A DNA stretch of 64,000 nucleotides from an uncultured delta proteobacterium (GTDB lineage Bacteria; Desulfobacterota; Binatia; Binatales; Binataceae): contig CAWHTV010000003.1 of NCBI GenBank assembly GCA_963832395.1, positions 199,323 to 263,322 on the forward strand, in the 5' to 3' direction. Positions 19,614-27,545 of this stretch are shown here, piece after piece (positions within the stretch are counted from its first letter, which is position 1; every line of letters begins with the position of its first letter). Under the pieces are notes generated by a model. That model saw only the letters and a list, made by a program, of their open reading frames with translations. It ran no database searches and was not told the origin of the DNA. The translations under genes were made by a program, and so were the position numbers.

Positions 19614-20141
19614 ATGGCGACCGACCATCCAGACGATCGTAAGCCAGTGCGTAAGCCATTGCGTAAAGCATCGCGTAAACCATCGCACAAACCGCCGCCG
19701 CCGAGCGGCACCGGTCACCTCCGCACGGTCCATCACGAAGGCTACGACCCCGGCATCAACTCTCTGTTCGTACCGGCGATCAAGGTCGAGGCAGGCAAGC
19801 TGGTGTTCATCTCGGGCGTGACCTGCGCACCGGTCTATCATCAGCATCCGCATCGAACGGAAGACTTCGACACGATGCCTCGCGATGCGGCGGGACAAGC
19901 CGCAATCGCCTACCGCCACCTTGGGCAGGCGCTCGAGGCCGCGGGCTGCAAACCCTCGCACGTGGTCTCGCTCACCCGCTTCATGACCAACCTGGCCGGG
20001 GATCAGGACGCTATCAACCGCGTCCAGGGCGAGTTCTTCAACGGCCATCTACCTACCAGCACCACGGTGGAGGTAAACCGGATGGCTACCGATCCGCGTA
20101 TCCGCCTGGAGATCCAGGCCATCGCGGTGGCTCCGCCCTGA
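19614..20141 (+). CDS. RidA/YjgF/L-PSP family protein with basic Pro/Lys/Arg-rich N-terminal extension
   Basis: The core reads ...AIKVEAGKLVFISGVTC...AAIAYRHLGQALEAAGCKPSHVVSLTRFMTNL...TSTTVEVNRMATDPRIRLEIQAIA, matching the RidA fold family. The first about 30 residues are DRKPVRKPLRKASRKPSHKPPPP. Confidence 0.8.
   Translation: MATDHPDDRKPVRKPLRKASRKPSHKPPPPSGTGHLRTVHHEGYDPGINSLFVPAIKVEAGKLVFISGVTCAPVYHQHPHRTEDFDTMPRDAAGQAAIAYRHLGQALEAAGCKPSHVVSLTRFMTNLAGDQDAINRVQGEFFNGHLPTSTTVEVNRMATDPRIRLEIQAIAVAPP
19638..19697 (+). repeat. five tandem imperfect 12-bp repeats inside the RidA-like gene
   Basis: CGTAAGCCAGTG / CGTAAGCCATTG / CGTAAAGCATCG / CGTAAACCATCG / CACAAACCGCCG. The repeats are in frame and encode (R/H)KPx tetrapeptides. 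Confidence 0.8.
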
Positions 20142-20172
20142 CAGGAACCCCTTCGCCGGCGGCCCTTCAACC

Positions 20173-20812
20173 TCAGTAGCGCGTGGCCAGATTGAACCAG
20201 CCGAGCCCTGGCAGGCGAGCGATAGTCGAATCCAGTTCGAAGAGCCGCAGCCGGGCCGATTCATTGGGATATAGGTAATTTTGCAAACGTCGAGTCGCGG
20301 CTTCGCCGCGAACAGGCATACCGACCGGCGTCCAGAGATACTTGATGATGGCCGTCGTGAGCACTTGAGCGGCTCGCGGGCGCAGACGAGCTTTGGCTTG
20401 ATTGAAGTAGAATGAGAAGTGTCGGCGCTCATCCTTGATGATCTGATTGAGAATCGTTCCAAGCAGCGGGATGTTGCGTACGTTCCGCAAGCGCGCGGTA
20501 GGATTCGACGCCCACCATCTCGTTGATCGCGCCCCACGTCATCTGCACGGCGGGGAGGTGGCGCGTCATCCGCGACAATAGCCTTGCGCCTATTTGGGCC
20601 ATGCGATCGGCAGGTGTTTGCCGCCTCAGATCGGCGAAACGCTGGTCGTCGACTGTGACGCCCTGACTTGTCAGAAATTGCTTCAATACCTCGGAATGAA
20701 AGAACTCCTCGTAGTTCCAACAGGAGAGAAACGCGGTGATGGAAGGATCTTGGACAACGTTCGTGGACAAAAGCTCGCGCAGGTAAACTATCGTGTGCGC
20801 CTCGATGTCCAT
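20173..20812 (-). pseudogene. acyl-ACP-desaturase-like di-iron (ferritin-like) protein remnant: 5'-truncated and frame-broken
   Basis: There are two ORF pieces. The first is ...CWNYEEFFHSEVLKQFL...WGAINEMVGVESYRALAERT. The second is NIPLLGTILNQIIKDERRHFSFYFNQA.... The ExxH-type ligand motifs (EEFFH, DERRH) and spacing resemble soluble desaturase-type di-iron proteins. The gene begins abruptly at 20812, 9 nt from the IS3 fragment, with roughly the first 80-100 codons missing. Confidence 0.5.
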
Positions 20813-20820
20813 CCGCGATT

Positions 20821-21802
20821 GATCTGAAGTCGCTGCACGCGAAGATCGGCGAGCTGACGCTGGAGAATGATTTTTTGGGCGGAGCGCTCAGCAAGGCCGG
20901 TTTGCTGAGCGCAAAGCGATGATCGACCGTCAACACACACTGTCGATCAGCAAACCGGCGAAGGCCCTGAAGATCAGCCGTGGCAGTGTGTATTATCTGC
21001 CCCGACCGGTTTCCGCAGCCGACCTCGCCGTGATGCGCCGGATGGATGAGTTGCATCTTGACTTGCCCTTCGCGGGCAGTCGGATGCTGCGCGATCTCCT
21101 GAACGCGGAAGGGGTCGTCATCGGTCGTCAGCACGTGGCTACGTTGATGAAGCGCATGGGGGTCAAGGCAATTTATCGCAAGCCCAACACCTCGAAGCCG
21201 GCACCGGGACACAAGATTTACCCCTATCTTCTGCGCAACGTGCCGGTCATCAGGCCCAACCAGGTCTGGGCGATGGATCTCACCTACATCCCCATGGCGC
21301 GAGGCTTTGTCTATCTCGCGGCCGTCGTCGACTGGTTCAGCCGCCGGGTCCTCGCTTGGCGATTGTCGGTCACGATGGAAGCCGAGTTCTGCATCGAAGC
21401 ACTGGAGGAAGCTCTGGCCCGCCACGGCAAACCGCACATTTTCAATACCGATCAAGGCAGCCAATTCACCAGCACCAGCTTCACCGACGTTCTGCTCCAA
21501 GCCGGCATCGCCATCAGCATGGACGGCAAAGGATCGTGGCGGGATAATGTTTTCGTCGAGCGCCTTTGGCGATCAGTCAAATACGCGGAGGTTTATCTGA
21601 AGGCTTACGAAAGTGTCGCCGAGGCCCGCAGCGCAATCGGCGGTTACTTCGGATTTTACAATACCCGCAGACCTCATTCGAGCCTTCAACGGCGAACGCC
21701 GGATCAGGCTTACTTCAACTGGCTACCGCAGATCGCGGCGGCCTGAACCAGGCAGATGTTCCACTTATCAACCCGACACTCCTGTTCAGACAAACCCAGC
21801 CA
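20821..21802 (+). mobile_element. IS3-family insertion sequence, 5'-truncated (left end and most of orfA missing)
   Basis: 20821-20922 encodes only the last 33 codons of an IS3-type OrfA (DLKSLHAKIGELTLENDFLGGALSKAGLLSAKR*). An ATGA overlap leads into a complete OrfB. The probable right end is near 21802 (...AAACCCAGCCA), after which G+C drops by eye. Confidence 0.75.
20919..21746 (+). CDS. IS3 family transposase OrfB (DDE integrase domain)
   Basis: 275-aa ORF: MIDRQHTLSISKPAKALKISRGSVYYLP...NQVWAMDLTYIPMARGFVYLAAVVDWFSRRVLAWRLS...FNTDQGSQFTS...MDGKGSWRDNVFVERLWRSVKYAEVY...YNTRRPHSSL. This is the canonical rve-type DDE pattern. Confidence 0.92.
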   Translation: MIDRQHTLSISKPAKALKISRGSVYYLPRPVSAADLAVMRRMDELHLDLPFAGSRMLRDLLNAEGVVIGRQHVATLMKRMGVKAIYRKPNTSKPAPGHKIYPYLLRNVPVIRPNQVWAMDLTYIPMARGFVYLAAVVDWFSRRVLAWRLSVTMEAEFCIEALEEALARHGKPHIFNTDQGSQFTSTSFTDVLLQAGIAISMDGKGSWRDNVFVERLWRSVKYAEVYLKAYESVAEARSAIGGYFGFYNTRRPHSSLQRRTPDQAYFNWLPQIAAA

Positions 21803-21819
21803 GCTCTGTTTGTCACCTA

Positions 21820-22152
21820 ATGCGAGTTCTGCAAATCGGCCTCGAAGTCCTTGCCCAATCGTTGAAAGTACCTTTTGAGTACAAAGATTGGGGAAATGTG
21901 ATCAATGACATTGAAGGCGCGATAAAGAAGATCGAGAAAGGATCGAACAAGACCGAAAATTGGCGCGAAAACCAGACTTTTTATTCCGAATGCGCAACTC
22001 AGTTCCAGCACTTCAAGGATGCCTGGCGCAATCACGCGATGCATGGACGAGGATTCTACGATGAGGCGAAGGCGCGAATGATTTATATAAGCGTACGAGA
22101 GTTCATGCGCATGATGGCGTTACGCTTTCCGATATTGGCGACGACACAGTAG
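21820..22152 (+). CDS. hypothetical 110-aa all-helical protein with HEPN-like Rx4H motif
   Basis: ATG at 21820 lies just past the IS3 end, in a stretch that looks lower in G+C. The sequence is MRVLQIGLEVLAQSL...FQHFKDAWRNHAMHGRGFYDEAKARMIYISVREFMRMMA, with RNHAMH (22027-22044) at the position expected for a HEPN active-site motif. I recognise no other family. Confidence 0.4.
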   Translation: MRVLQIGLEVLAQSLKVPFEYKDWGNVINDIEGAIKKIEKGSNKTENWRENQTFYSECATQFQHFKDAWRNHAMHGRGFYDEAKARMIYISVREFMRMMALRFPILATTQ

Positions 22153-22338
22153 CCGCAAGGAAGGCGTGAATCTAGAGAGGTGAAACGAGATCAGGAATCA
22201 ATATTGTAGCCGCTGCCAATTGGCGTGTAAGCAGGATTGTATTGTTGCCGGTCAATATGCAATGCGCGTAGTTCCAGAATGTAGGAGCATGCTCGGGCAA
22301 TGTCCGTTCCGCTGTTGGAATTGAGTAGCGGCAACATA

Positions 22339-23755
22339 GTCAGTTAAGCGGCATCCCGTGCGGTGTCAAGTTTTCCTTCCGAGCGGTCGAGTTGGGCGTC
22401 GTGAGCGCGCAACGCGGCGACCAGGGTCGGCAGCGCACGATAGCCGGCGAGCTTGCGGAAGCCGCGCTCGGCCTCGATCACGCCAGCCGCGGTCCAGCGC
22501 AGCACCATGGTGCCGCTCTGCCAGCGTTTGACCCGGCGGCCGATTTCGCGCACGCGGCTGAACAGGTTTTCGATCAAGTTGGTCGAGGACAGAATGCGCT
22601 CGAGATTCTCGGGCAGCTCCAGGCGCATCACGGTCAGAGTTTCTTCGAGTCCCTCGCGCAGCGAGGCGGCGGCGCCGGGATGCTGATGTTCGAGTTGGCG
22701 CGCCAGGGTTTCGAGCAGGCGCCGCGCACGCTTGGCGTCACGCGCCACATAAGCCTGAACCATCGCGCTGCGGACCCCGGCGCGCAGCCGCTCGGGAAGG
22801 GCCTCGGTGACATTGCGCTTCTTGTGCTCGCGGCAGCGCTGAATCAATGCGCGGCGGCCGAACACCTCGGCCACCGCCTTGTGCAGCGCCTTGGCCCCGT
22901 CGATTACCACCAGCAACGCGCGCCCGGTATCCAAGCCGCGCTCGGCCAGATCGGCGAGCAAGGCTTTAACCGCCGCCGCGTTCTCGGTCGCACCCTCGCG
23001 CAGCCCCAAGACGTGCTTGTAGCCGCGCTCATCGACCCCCACCGCTGCCAGCACCACGTGCTCACCGAAGTGCACCCCGTCGATCATCAGCGCCACCAGC
23101 TTAAGCCCGTGCAAGTCGCGGCCCAGCAGTTCCCCAAGCTTGCGCTCGGTGCCGTACACGAACCGTTCGCTGACCGCGCTCTTGCTGGTGCCCCGTGCTG
23201 CGACCGCGGCCGGCAGCGGCTCCAGCGAACGCGCGTAGCCCCGGGTCGATACCCCCAGCACCATCTGCTCCAACGCCCGCGTCTCCAGCGGATCGCGCGC
23301 GCTCCACTCCCGCCAGCTCGGCAATTTAAGCTCGCGACCCTCAACGCTGCGCACCCGCGGGCGGCTCACCGCCACTCGCCGTCCGCCCAGCACCAGCGAA
23401 CTTGGCACGTGCCCCGCGCGCAGCGCCTGACGTTCGGCCTGATGCGCGTAGCGTGCGCCACACAGCACCGCGCGCTCGGCTTCCAGCACTTCATCCACGC
23501 ATGCCAGTCCCGTGACCATCACCGTGTCGTACAGTGCTTCGCGCACCATTGCCGACAACCGCAGCCACAACTGCCCCTCGTCCGCGGCTTTCCTTCCGTC
23601 TGCCCTCTTGGCACTCTTGTTCATGGCGGCCTCCTCCTCTTACCCAACCCGATCTTCCGATCGGGCGAGGAACGCCGCCACTCAAATCTCAACAACCTTC
23701 AGGACATCGCCCATGCTCGACCCGAAAACCTAGCGCAGTGGCGTCCTTAACTGAC
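22339..23755 (-). mobile_element. IS256-family insertion sequence (about 1.4 kb)
   Basis: Perfect 10-bp terminal inverted repeats: GTCAGTTAAG at 22339-22348 and its reverse complement at 23746-23755. They bracket a complete IS256-type transposase gene. I see no matching target-site duplication in the flanks (GCAACATA vs AGACTACC). Confidence 0.65.
22344..23624 (-). CDS. IS256 family (mutator-type) transposase
   Basis: 426-aa ORF: ...GTSKSAVSERFV...LVALMIDGVHFGEHVVLAAVGVDERGYKHVLGLREGATENAAAVKALLADLAERGL...LVVIDGAKALHKAV...QRCREHKKRNV...STNLIENLFSRVR. These are the typical Transposase_mut motifs. Confidence 0.93.
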   Translation of the reverse strand: MNKSAKRADGRKAADEGQLWLRLSAMVREALYDTVMVTGLACVDEVLEAERAVLCGARYAHQAERQALRAGHVPSSLVLGGRRVAVSRPRVRSVEGRELKLPSWREWSARDPLETRALEQMVLGVSTRGYARSLEPLPAAVAARGTSKSAVSERFVYGTERKLGELLGRDLHGLKLVALMIDGVHFGEHVVLAAVGVDERGYKHVLGLREGATENAAAVKALLADLAERGLDTGRALLVVIDGAKALHKAVAEVFGRRALIQRCREHKKRNVTEALPERLRAGVRSAMVQAYVARDAKRARRLLETLARQLEHQHPGAAASLREGLEETLTVMRLELPENLERILSSTNLIENLFSRVREIGRRVKRWQSGTMVLRWTAAGVIEAERGFRKLAGYRALPTLVAALRAHDAQLDRSEGKLDTARDAA

Positions 23756-24045
23756 AGACTACCAATACGGAAATTCGGCTTAGGTGTCTGAAAAAGGGTA
23801 TCGCGTGGCCCACGCGTCAGTGACGCGAGATCAAGGGAAGGTTCGGGATCTGGGTCGCCATTAAGCCGATAGACGGTGCCATTAGGCCGGCCGGTTTTTG
23901 TATCAATGCCGACTGGGGGAATGCGTTTATACAGAATATCGTCAAGTCCGATGACTACGTTCCTGACTAAAAGTCTTCGCGAACAACTCCAGCACAGCAG
24001 ACTGATCCAACTCCATAGCCTCATCACTTGCTTTAGACGGGTCAT
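23756..24045 (-). pseudogene. orphan ORF truncated by the IS256 insertion
   Basis: The reading frame ...VIGLDDILYKRIPPVGIDTKTGRPNGTVYRLNGDPDPEPSLDLASLTRGPRDTLFQTPKPNFRIGS runs directly into the IS256 terminal repeat at 23755. It has no convincing start of its own downstream of the stop of the preceding ORF (23942), so it may be a frame-shifted continuation of that ORF. Confidence 0.3.
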
Positions 24046-24472
24046 CGCTGTTGATCGTCAGGAAAGTTAGATTTCCGTCTGGGGTGGCTTCGACAATAAC
24101 TTCTGACTGATTGTTGCGCCATTCGATCTGGACGCTACCGTTTGGCACCGGACCCACTGTAAATGGTATTGCGTGTTCTCCGCAAAGTGGAAAATAGTCT
24201 GAAATAACGCTATGAATCAGATTTACAGTTAAGGAGAGCGCTTCCGTTGAAGGAGCCTCCGCTCCATACGAATCCCAATCCCTCTTCAGAGTAGAAATTG
24301 TTTCGAGACGATCGCGAATGTCATTAAAGGCAGCTATTGCGCTATTGCCTTGGACAACAGCAACCGCACTCGCAGAACGTGGAATGGTGGCTTCTCTCAC
24401 GGGTAGCCATATTGTTCCCACTTGAGTTGGGTTTGCAAACGGGAAACGACGGTCGAGCGTTAGCGCACTCAT
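23942..24472 (-). CDS. hypothetical protein (176 aa) with DWDSYGA motif
   Basis: The ORF sits in low-G+C context: ...IRDRLETISTLKRDWDSYGAEAPSTEALSLTVNLI...VPNGSVQIEWRNNQSEVIVEATPDGNLTFL. I cannot name a family. It is tightly packed (5 nt) behind the upstream small ORF. Confidence 0.45.
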   Translation of the reverse strand: MSALTLDRRFPFANPTQVGTIWLPVREATIPRSASAVAVVQGNSAIAAFNDIRDRLETISTLKRDWDSYGAEAPSTEALSLTVNLIHSVISDYFPLCGEHAIPFTVGPVPNGSVQIEWRNNQSEVIVEATPDGNLTFLTINSDDPSKASDEAMELDQSAVLELFAKTFSQERSHRT

Positions 24473-24477
24473 GATGT

Positions 24478-24759
24478 TTAGTTTGCTTTTCTCTTAAGAC
24501 CTGCTGGTGCTTCAACGACCATCAGACCAGCAGATTTTAGGAAGTAGAAGGGGTTCCCTTCTGGGTCGAACTTTTCGGTAAGGCGCCATACTTCCATTGC
24601 GACTTGCTTAACTCTTAGCTTGGTGCCGTCCGCAAGCGTATATTCAGCGAAAGGCTCCTTGGATTCTTCAATATCCACGCGCACAGCTTCTTCGAGCGGT
24701 TGGCCTGGCGCAAACTGTATTTTCATAACCCAACGACCCGTGCTACTGGTTGTAACCAT
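24478..24759 (-). CDS. hypothetical small protein (82-93 aa)
   Basis: The ORF reads MVTTSSTGRWVMKIQFAPGQPLEEAVRVDIEESKEPFAEYTLADGTKLRVKQVAMEVWRL...; the start may be the second Met at 24726. It is the first gene of a three-ORF minus-strand string in the low-G+C patch. Confidence 0.45.
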   Translation of the reverse strand: MVTTSSTGRWVMKIQFAPGQPLEEAVRVDIEESKEPFAEYTLADGTKLRVKQVAMEVWRLTEKFDPEGNPFYFLKSAGLMVVEAPAGLKRKAN

Positions 24760-25027
24760 TCAATCAGATCAATGCAAACCACGAGAAAAAAGCCGTATTT
24801 AGGACTCTTCAGCGCTGTGATCGGACCGAAGAAAGCGTCTCAGCGTTCCTTTGAGTTTGCGCGAAAGAGCGGCCTCACTAGCTGCTTGAACTTTTCAGGA
24901 TCGGCGTGGGCGAGTACCTGCCTTAAGCGCTCATCCTCGGCGCGCGTTTTCTCGCTGATTGTCGCGGGCTTCTTTGATCGCTTCTTGCGGGGCACCCTGA
25001 AAAGGTAACAGTTTTAGGTCGCTTCGG

Positions 25028-26017
25028 CTACTGACTGCACGTCGTAATCAAATCGGCGAACATATTTTCGTTCTTGCGATTGTTGAAGCGATAGCTAAAT
25101 TCGTTCAAATAAAAGGGCAGATATTTCTTGCTGACGTTGTGATAGTTGCCCACGATGCCGCGCTTCAGCAACGCCCAGAACGATTCTATCGAGTTTGTGT
25201 GGATGTTACCGCGCACATATTCGCCGCGTCCATGATTGACGGTTTCGTGCGGCAAATCCGCGCGAGCATACTGGTAGGCTGGATTCTCATCGGTCACGAC
25301 TATCGAGACCTTTTCGTCGGTAGCGCACGGAACGAAAGCGCCAAGAGTGGGAGCGTCTATCGAGCCAATCACGCGAGCCACGACGTTACCCTTACGCTCG
25401 ATAGCGCCAATCACGCCGACCTTGCCATAGCCGATAGCCTCGCCTAGAGGCTGTGGCCCTCTGGCCTTGCGTACCTGGGCGCTTTTCTTGGCCTTGTGGC
25501 GATTGCGGTCTTTCCCGCCGATATAGGTTTCGTCAATCTCGACTTCGCCGCTCAAGGGCTTGTACATGTCGCCAGCCATCGCGGCACGCCAGCGCAGGCA
25601 CATATACCAGCTTGTGTGATAATCGTGCGTGGAATTCTCGCCGAACATGACGCGATGAATCTGAAGCGCCGACATGCCTTTCTTCGCGGTCAGCATCATG
25701 TAACCGATCTTGAACCATAGGCTCATCGCGATCTTGGTGTCTTGGAAGATCGTTCCGCTAATCACGCTGAAGCGGTAGCCGTTACGTTTGTGGCAAGTGA
25801 CGACTTCTCCAGTTAGCGTGTCCACGGATTCTTTGCCGCTTTTGCACAGCCAGTGAAAGGGTCGCGCCTTGAGCACGTAAACCTTTTCGTTCTCACAGCG
25901 AGGGCAATGCACGCCGTTCGGCCAGCGCATCCCGACCAGAAATTGCTTGCATTGCTCGTCGGTTCCGAACTGCTTATCGAATTCGCCGATGGTCTGCACG
26001 CTCGAAGAATAGCCCAA
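25028..26017 (-). CDS. IS1595 family transposase
   Basis: 329-aa ORF with an N-terminal zinc-ribbon (CKQFLVGMRWPNGVHCPRCENEKVY) and an ISXO2-like DDE domain (EVEIDETYIGGK...VVTDENPAYQ...HTNSIESFWALLKRGIVGNYHNVSKKYLPFYLNEFSYRFNNR). I could not identify the element ends. Confidence 0.9.
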   Translation of the reverse strand: MGYSSSVQTIGEFDKQFGTDEQCKQFLVGMRWPNGVHCPRCENEKVYVLKARPFHWLCKSGKESVDTLTGEVVTCHKRNGYRFSVISGTIFQDTKIAMSLWFKIGYMMLTAKKGMSALQIHRVMFGENSTHDYHTSWYMCLRWRAAMAGDMYKPLSGEVEIDETYIGGKDRNRHKAKKSAQVRKARGPQPLGEAIGYGKVGVIGAIERKGNVVARVIGSIDAPTLGAFVPCATDEKVSIVVTDENPAYQYARADLPHETVNHGRGEYVRGNIHTNSIESFWALLKRGIVGNYHNVSKKYLPFYLNEFSYRFNNRKNENMFADLITTCSQ

Positions 26018-26158
26018 AACGGATTGAGTGTCAACATCAACCTAGCCCCCACTGAACCGGCTGCGGCGCCATGGCCGCTCCTTGTTGCATGGCCGAATCT
26101 TTCTTAGTAAGCCAGAACACGCTTCCAGAGGCGTTTTTACCCTTGCTCGATAGGGAAC

Positions 26159-27496
26159 GTGCTGATGTCGGGCCGTATGCGCACCAAGCTCACTGTCAGA
26201 ATGCCGCGCCGGCGGCCTCCGCCGCACCATCACCTTCTCGCCGATGCGCCCCGCCCTACCAGGCAGCACTACAAGATTCTCGCGCTGTGCTGGGCAGGAT
26301 GGGTTTTCGATATCTATGACCTGATCCTCTTTACCTTTCTGATCCGTCCGATCGGCACGACCTTCAGTCTCAGCAAGCTCGACCTCTCCTACGCATTGGG
26401 TGCCTCGCTCGCCGCCAGCGCGGTCGGAGGCATCGTCTTCGGCTCGCTAGCCGATCTCTATGGGCGTCGGCGCGTGCTGGAATGGACGATCGTGACATAC
26501 AGCCTGGGCACGTTGCTGAGTGGCCTGACGGGAGGCCTGGGCAGCCTGATCTTCTTTCGCGTTATCACCGGCCTGGGCGTGGGTGGCGAATGGGCGACCG
26601 GGCACACCTATATCGGTGAGACATTTCCGCCGCGCTACCGGGGCCGTTATGCCTCGGTGATGCAGACTGGCGGAGCGGTCGGCTGCCTGATGGCGGCCGC
26701 AGTGGGCGGGTTCCTCGAACCGAGAGTCGGATGGCGCTGGTGCTTCATCATCTCGGCTTTGCCCGCGATACTTTCGGCCTGCGTGCGTCGGGCGCTACCC
26801 GAATCGGACGTCTGGCTGGAACGCCATCCCGAGGTCCGCAAGGGACGACCGCTGATTCTGCCGTCGCCCAAGGCGATTATAGAGCCGATCCGCTCGCTAT
26901 TGACCGGTCCGCATCGTTTCGACTTCCTGCGCTCGACCGTCCTATGCACGCTCGACATGTCGGCGTTTTGGATCGCCTTTTCATGGCTTCCGACCTACTT
27001 CGAAGAGCAGCGCGGGATGTCGACCGGCTCGAGCGCCGCGATCGTCGCGATTGCCTACTTCGGCATCCTGGTCGGCCAGCTATCGTTTGGTTATATCGCT
27101 GACCTGATTGGGCGGCGTGCTTCCTTTACCGTCTTCTCCTTCGTGATGGCCGCCGGTCTGCTGGCAATCACGCGGTTCTGGGGCGAAACCAGCGAATCCA
27201 ACGTCTTCATCAATTGGGCGATGTTTGTGACCGGCTTCGGCGCCGGGATGTTCGGCGGTTACGGGCCGCTGTTCACCGAACTCTTTCCGACCGCCGTGCG
27301 CAACACCGCGATGGGCGGGGCGTACAACCTCGCCCGCGGCACGCAGTTCCTCACCCCGCTGCTGGTGGCGTTGATCGCCGAGCGTTACGGGTTGAGCGGG
27401 GGAATCTCTCTCGCCTCTCTATTTGCGATAGCGACCGGGCTGTTCGCGTGGTCGTTTCCCGGAAGTTCGAATCGGATGGCGACCGAGGTTGAATAG
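26159..27496 (+). CDS. MFS transporter
   Basis: 445-aa ORF with 12 predicted hydrophobic segments and MFS motifs (GSLADLYGRRRVL, FRVITGLGVGGEW, PPRYRGRYAS). The start codon is uncertain (GTG 26159, ATG 26165 or ATG about 26201). Confidence 0.85.
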   Translation: MLMSGRMRTKLTVRMPRRRPPPHHHLLADAPRPTRQHYKILALCWAGWVFDIYDLILFTFLIRPIGTTFSLSKLDLSYALGASLAASAVGGIVFGSLADLYGRRRVLEWTIVTYSLGTLLSGLTGGLGSLIFFRVITGLGVGGEWATGHTYIGETFPPRYRGRYASVMQTGGAVGCLMAAAVGGFLEPRVGWRWCFIISALPAILSACVRRALPESDVWLERHPEVRKGRPLILPSPKAIIEPIRSLLTGPHRFDFLRSTVLCTLDMSAFWIAFSWLPTYFEEQRGMSTGSSAAIVAIAYFGILVGQLSFGYIADLIGRRASFTVFSFVMAAGLLAITRFWGETSESNVFINWAMFVTGFGAGMFGGYGPLFTELFPTAVRNTAMGGAYNLARGTQFLTPLLVALIAERYGLSGGISLASLFAIATGLFAWSFPGSSNRMATEVE

Positions 27497-27545
27497 AGGG
27501 TGCGCCCCACCCTTCGCTCTCGGTTGCGATTTCTCGTCAGCACGA

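Noticed and set aside
19638-19697. 12-bp tandem repeats as a possible CRISPR-like or regulatory array
   Set aside because: The repeats are contiguous with no spacers, only five copies, in frame, and inside an ORF with an upstream ATG. They are a coding microsatellite-type repeat, not a CRISPR array.
20049-21500. 483-aa minus-strand ORF
   Set aside because: It spans the RidA 3' region, the desaturase-like remnant and the antisense strand of the IS3 orfB. It is Arg/Ser/Pro-rich and incompatible with the clearly coding features on both strands, so it is not a gene.
22392-23750. 452-aa plus-strand ORF
   Set aside because: It is antisense to the complete IS256-family transposase gene. Its composition is dominated by Ala/Arg/Gln/His/Pro, with no motif, so it is a shadow ORF.
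24840-24995. 51-aa minus-strand ORF (GTG start; PRKKRSKKPATISEKTRAEDERLRQVLAHADPEKFKQLVRPLFRANSKER) just downstream of the IS1595 transposase
   Set aside because: It looks protein-like (basic N-terminus, helical C-terminus). But it is short, has a non-ATG start, no visible RBS and no family I can name, so the evidence is insufficient to call it.
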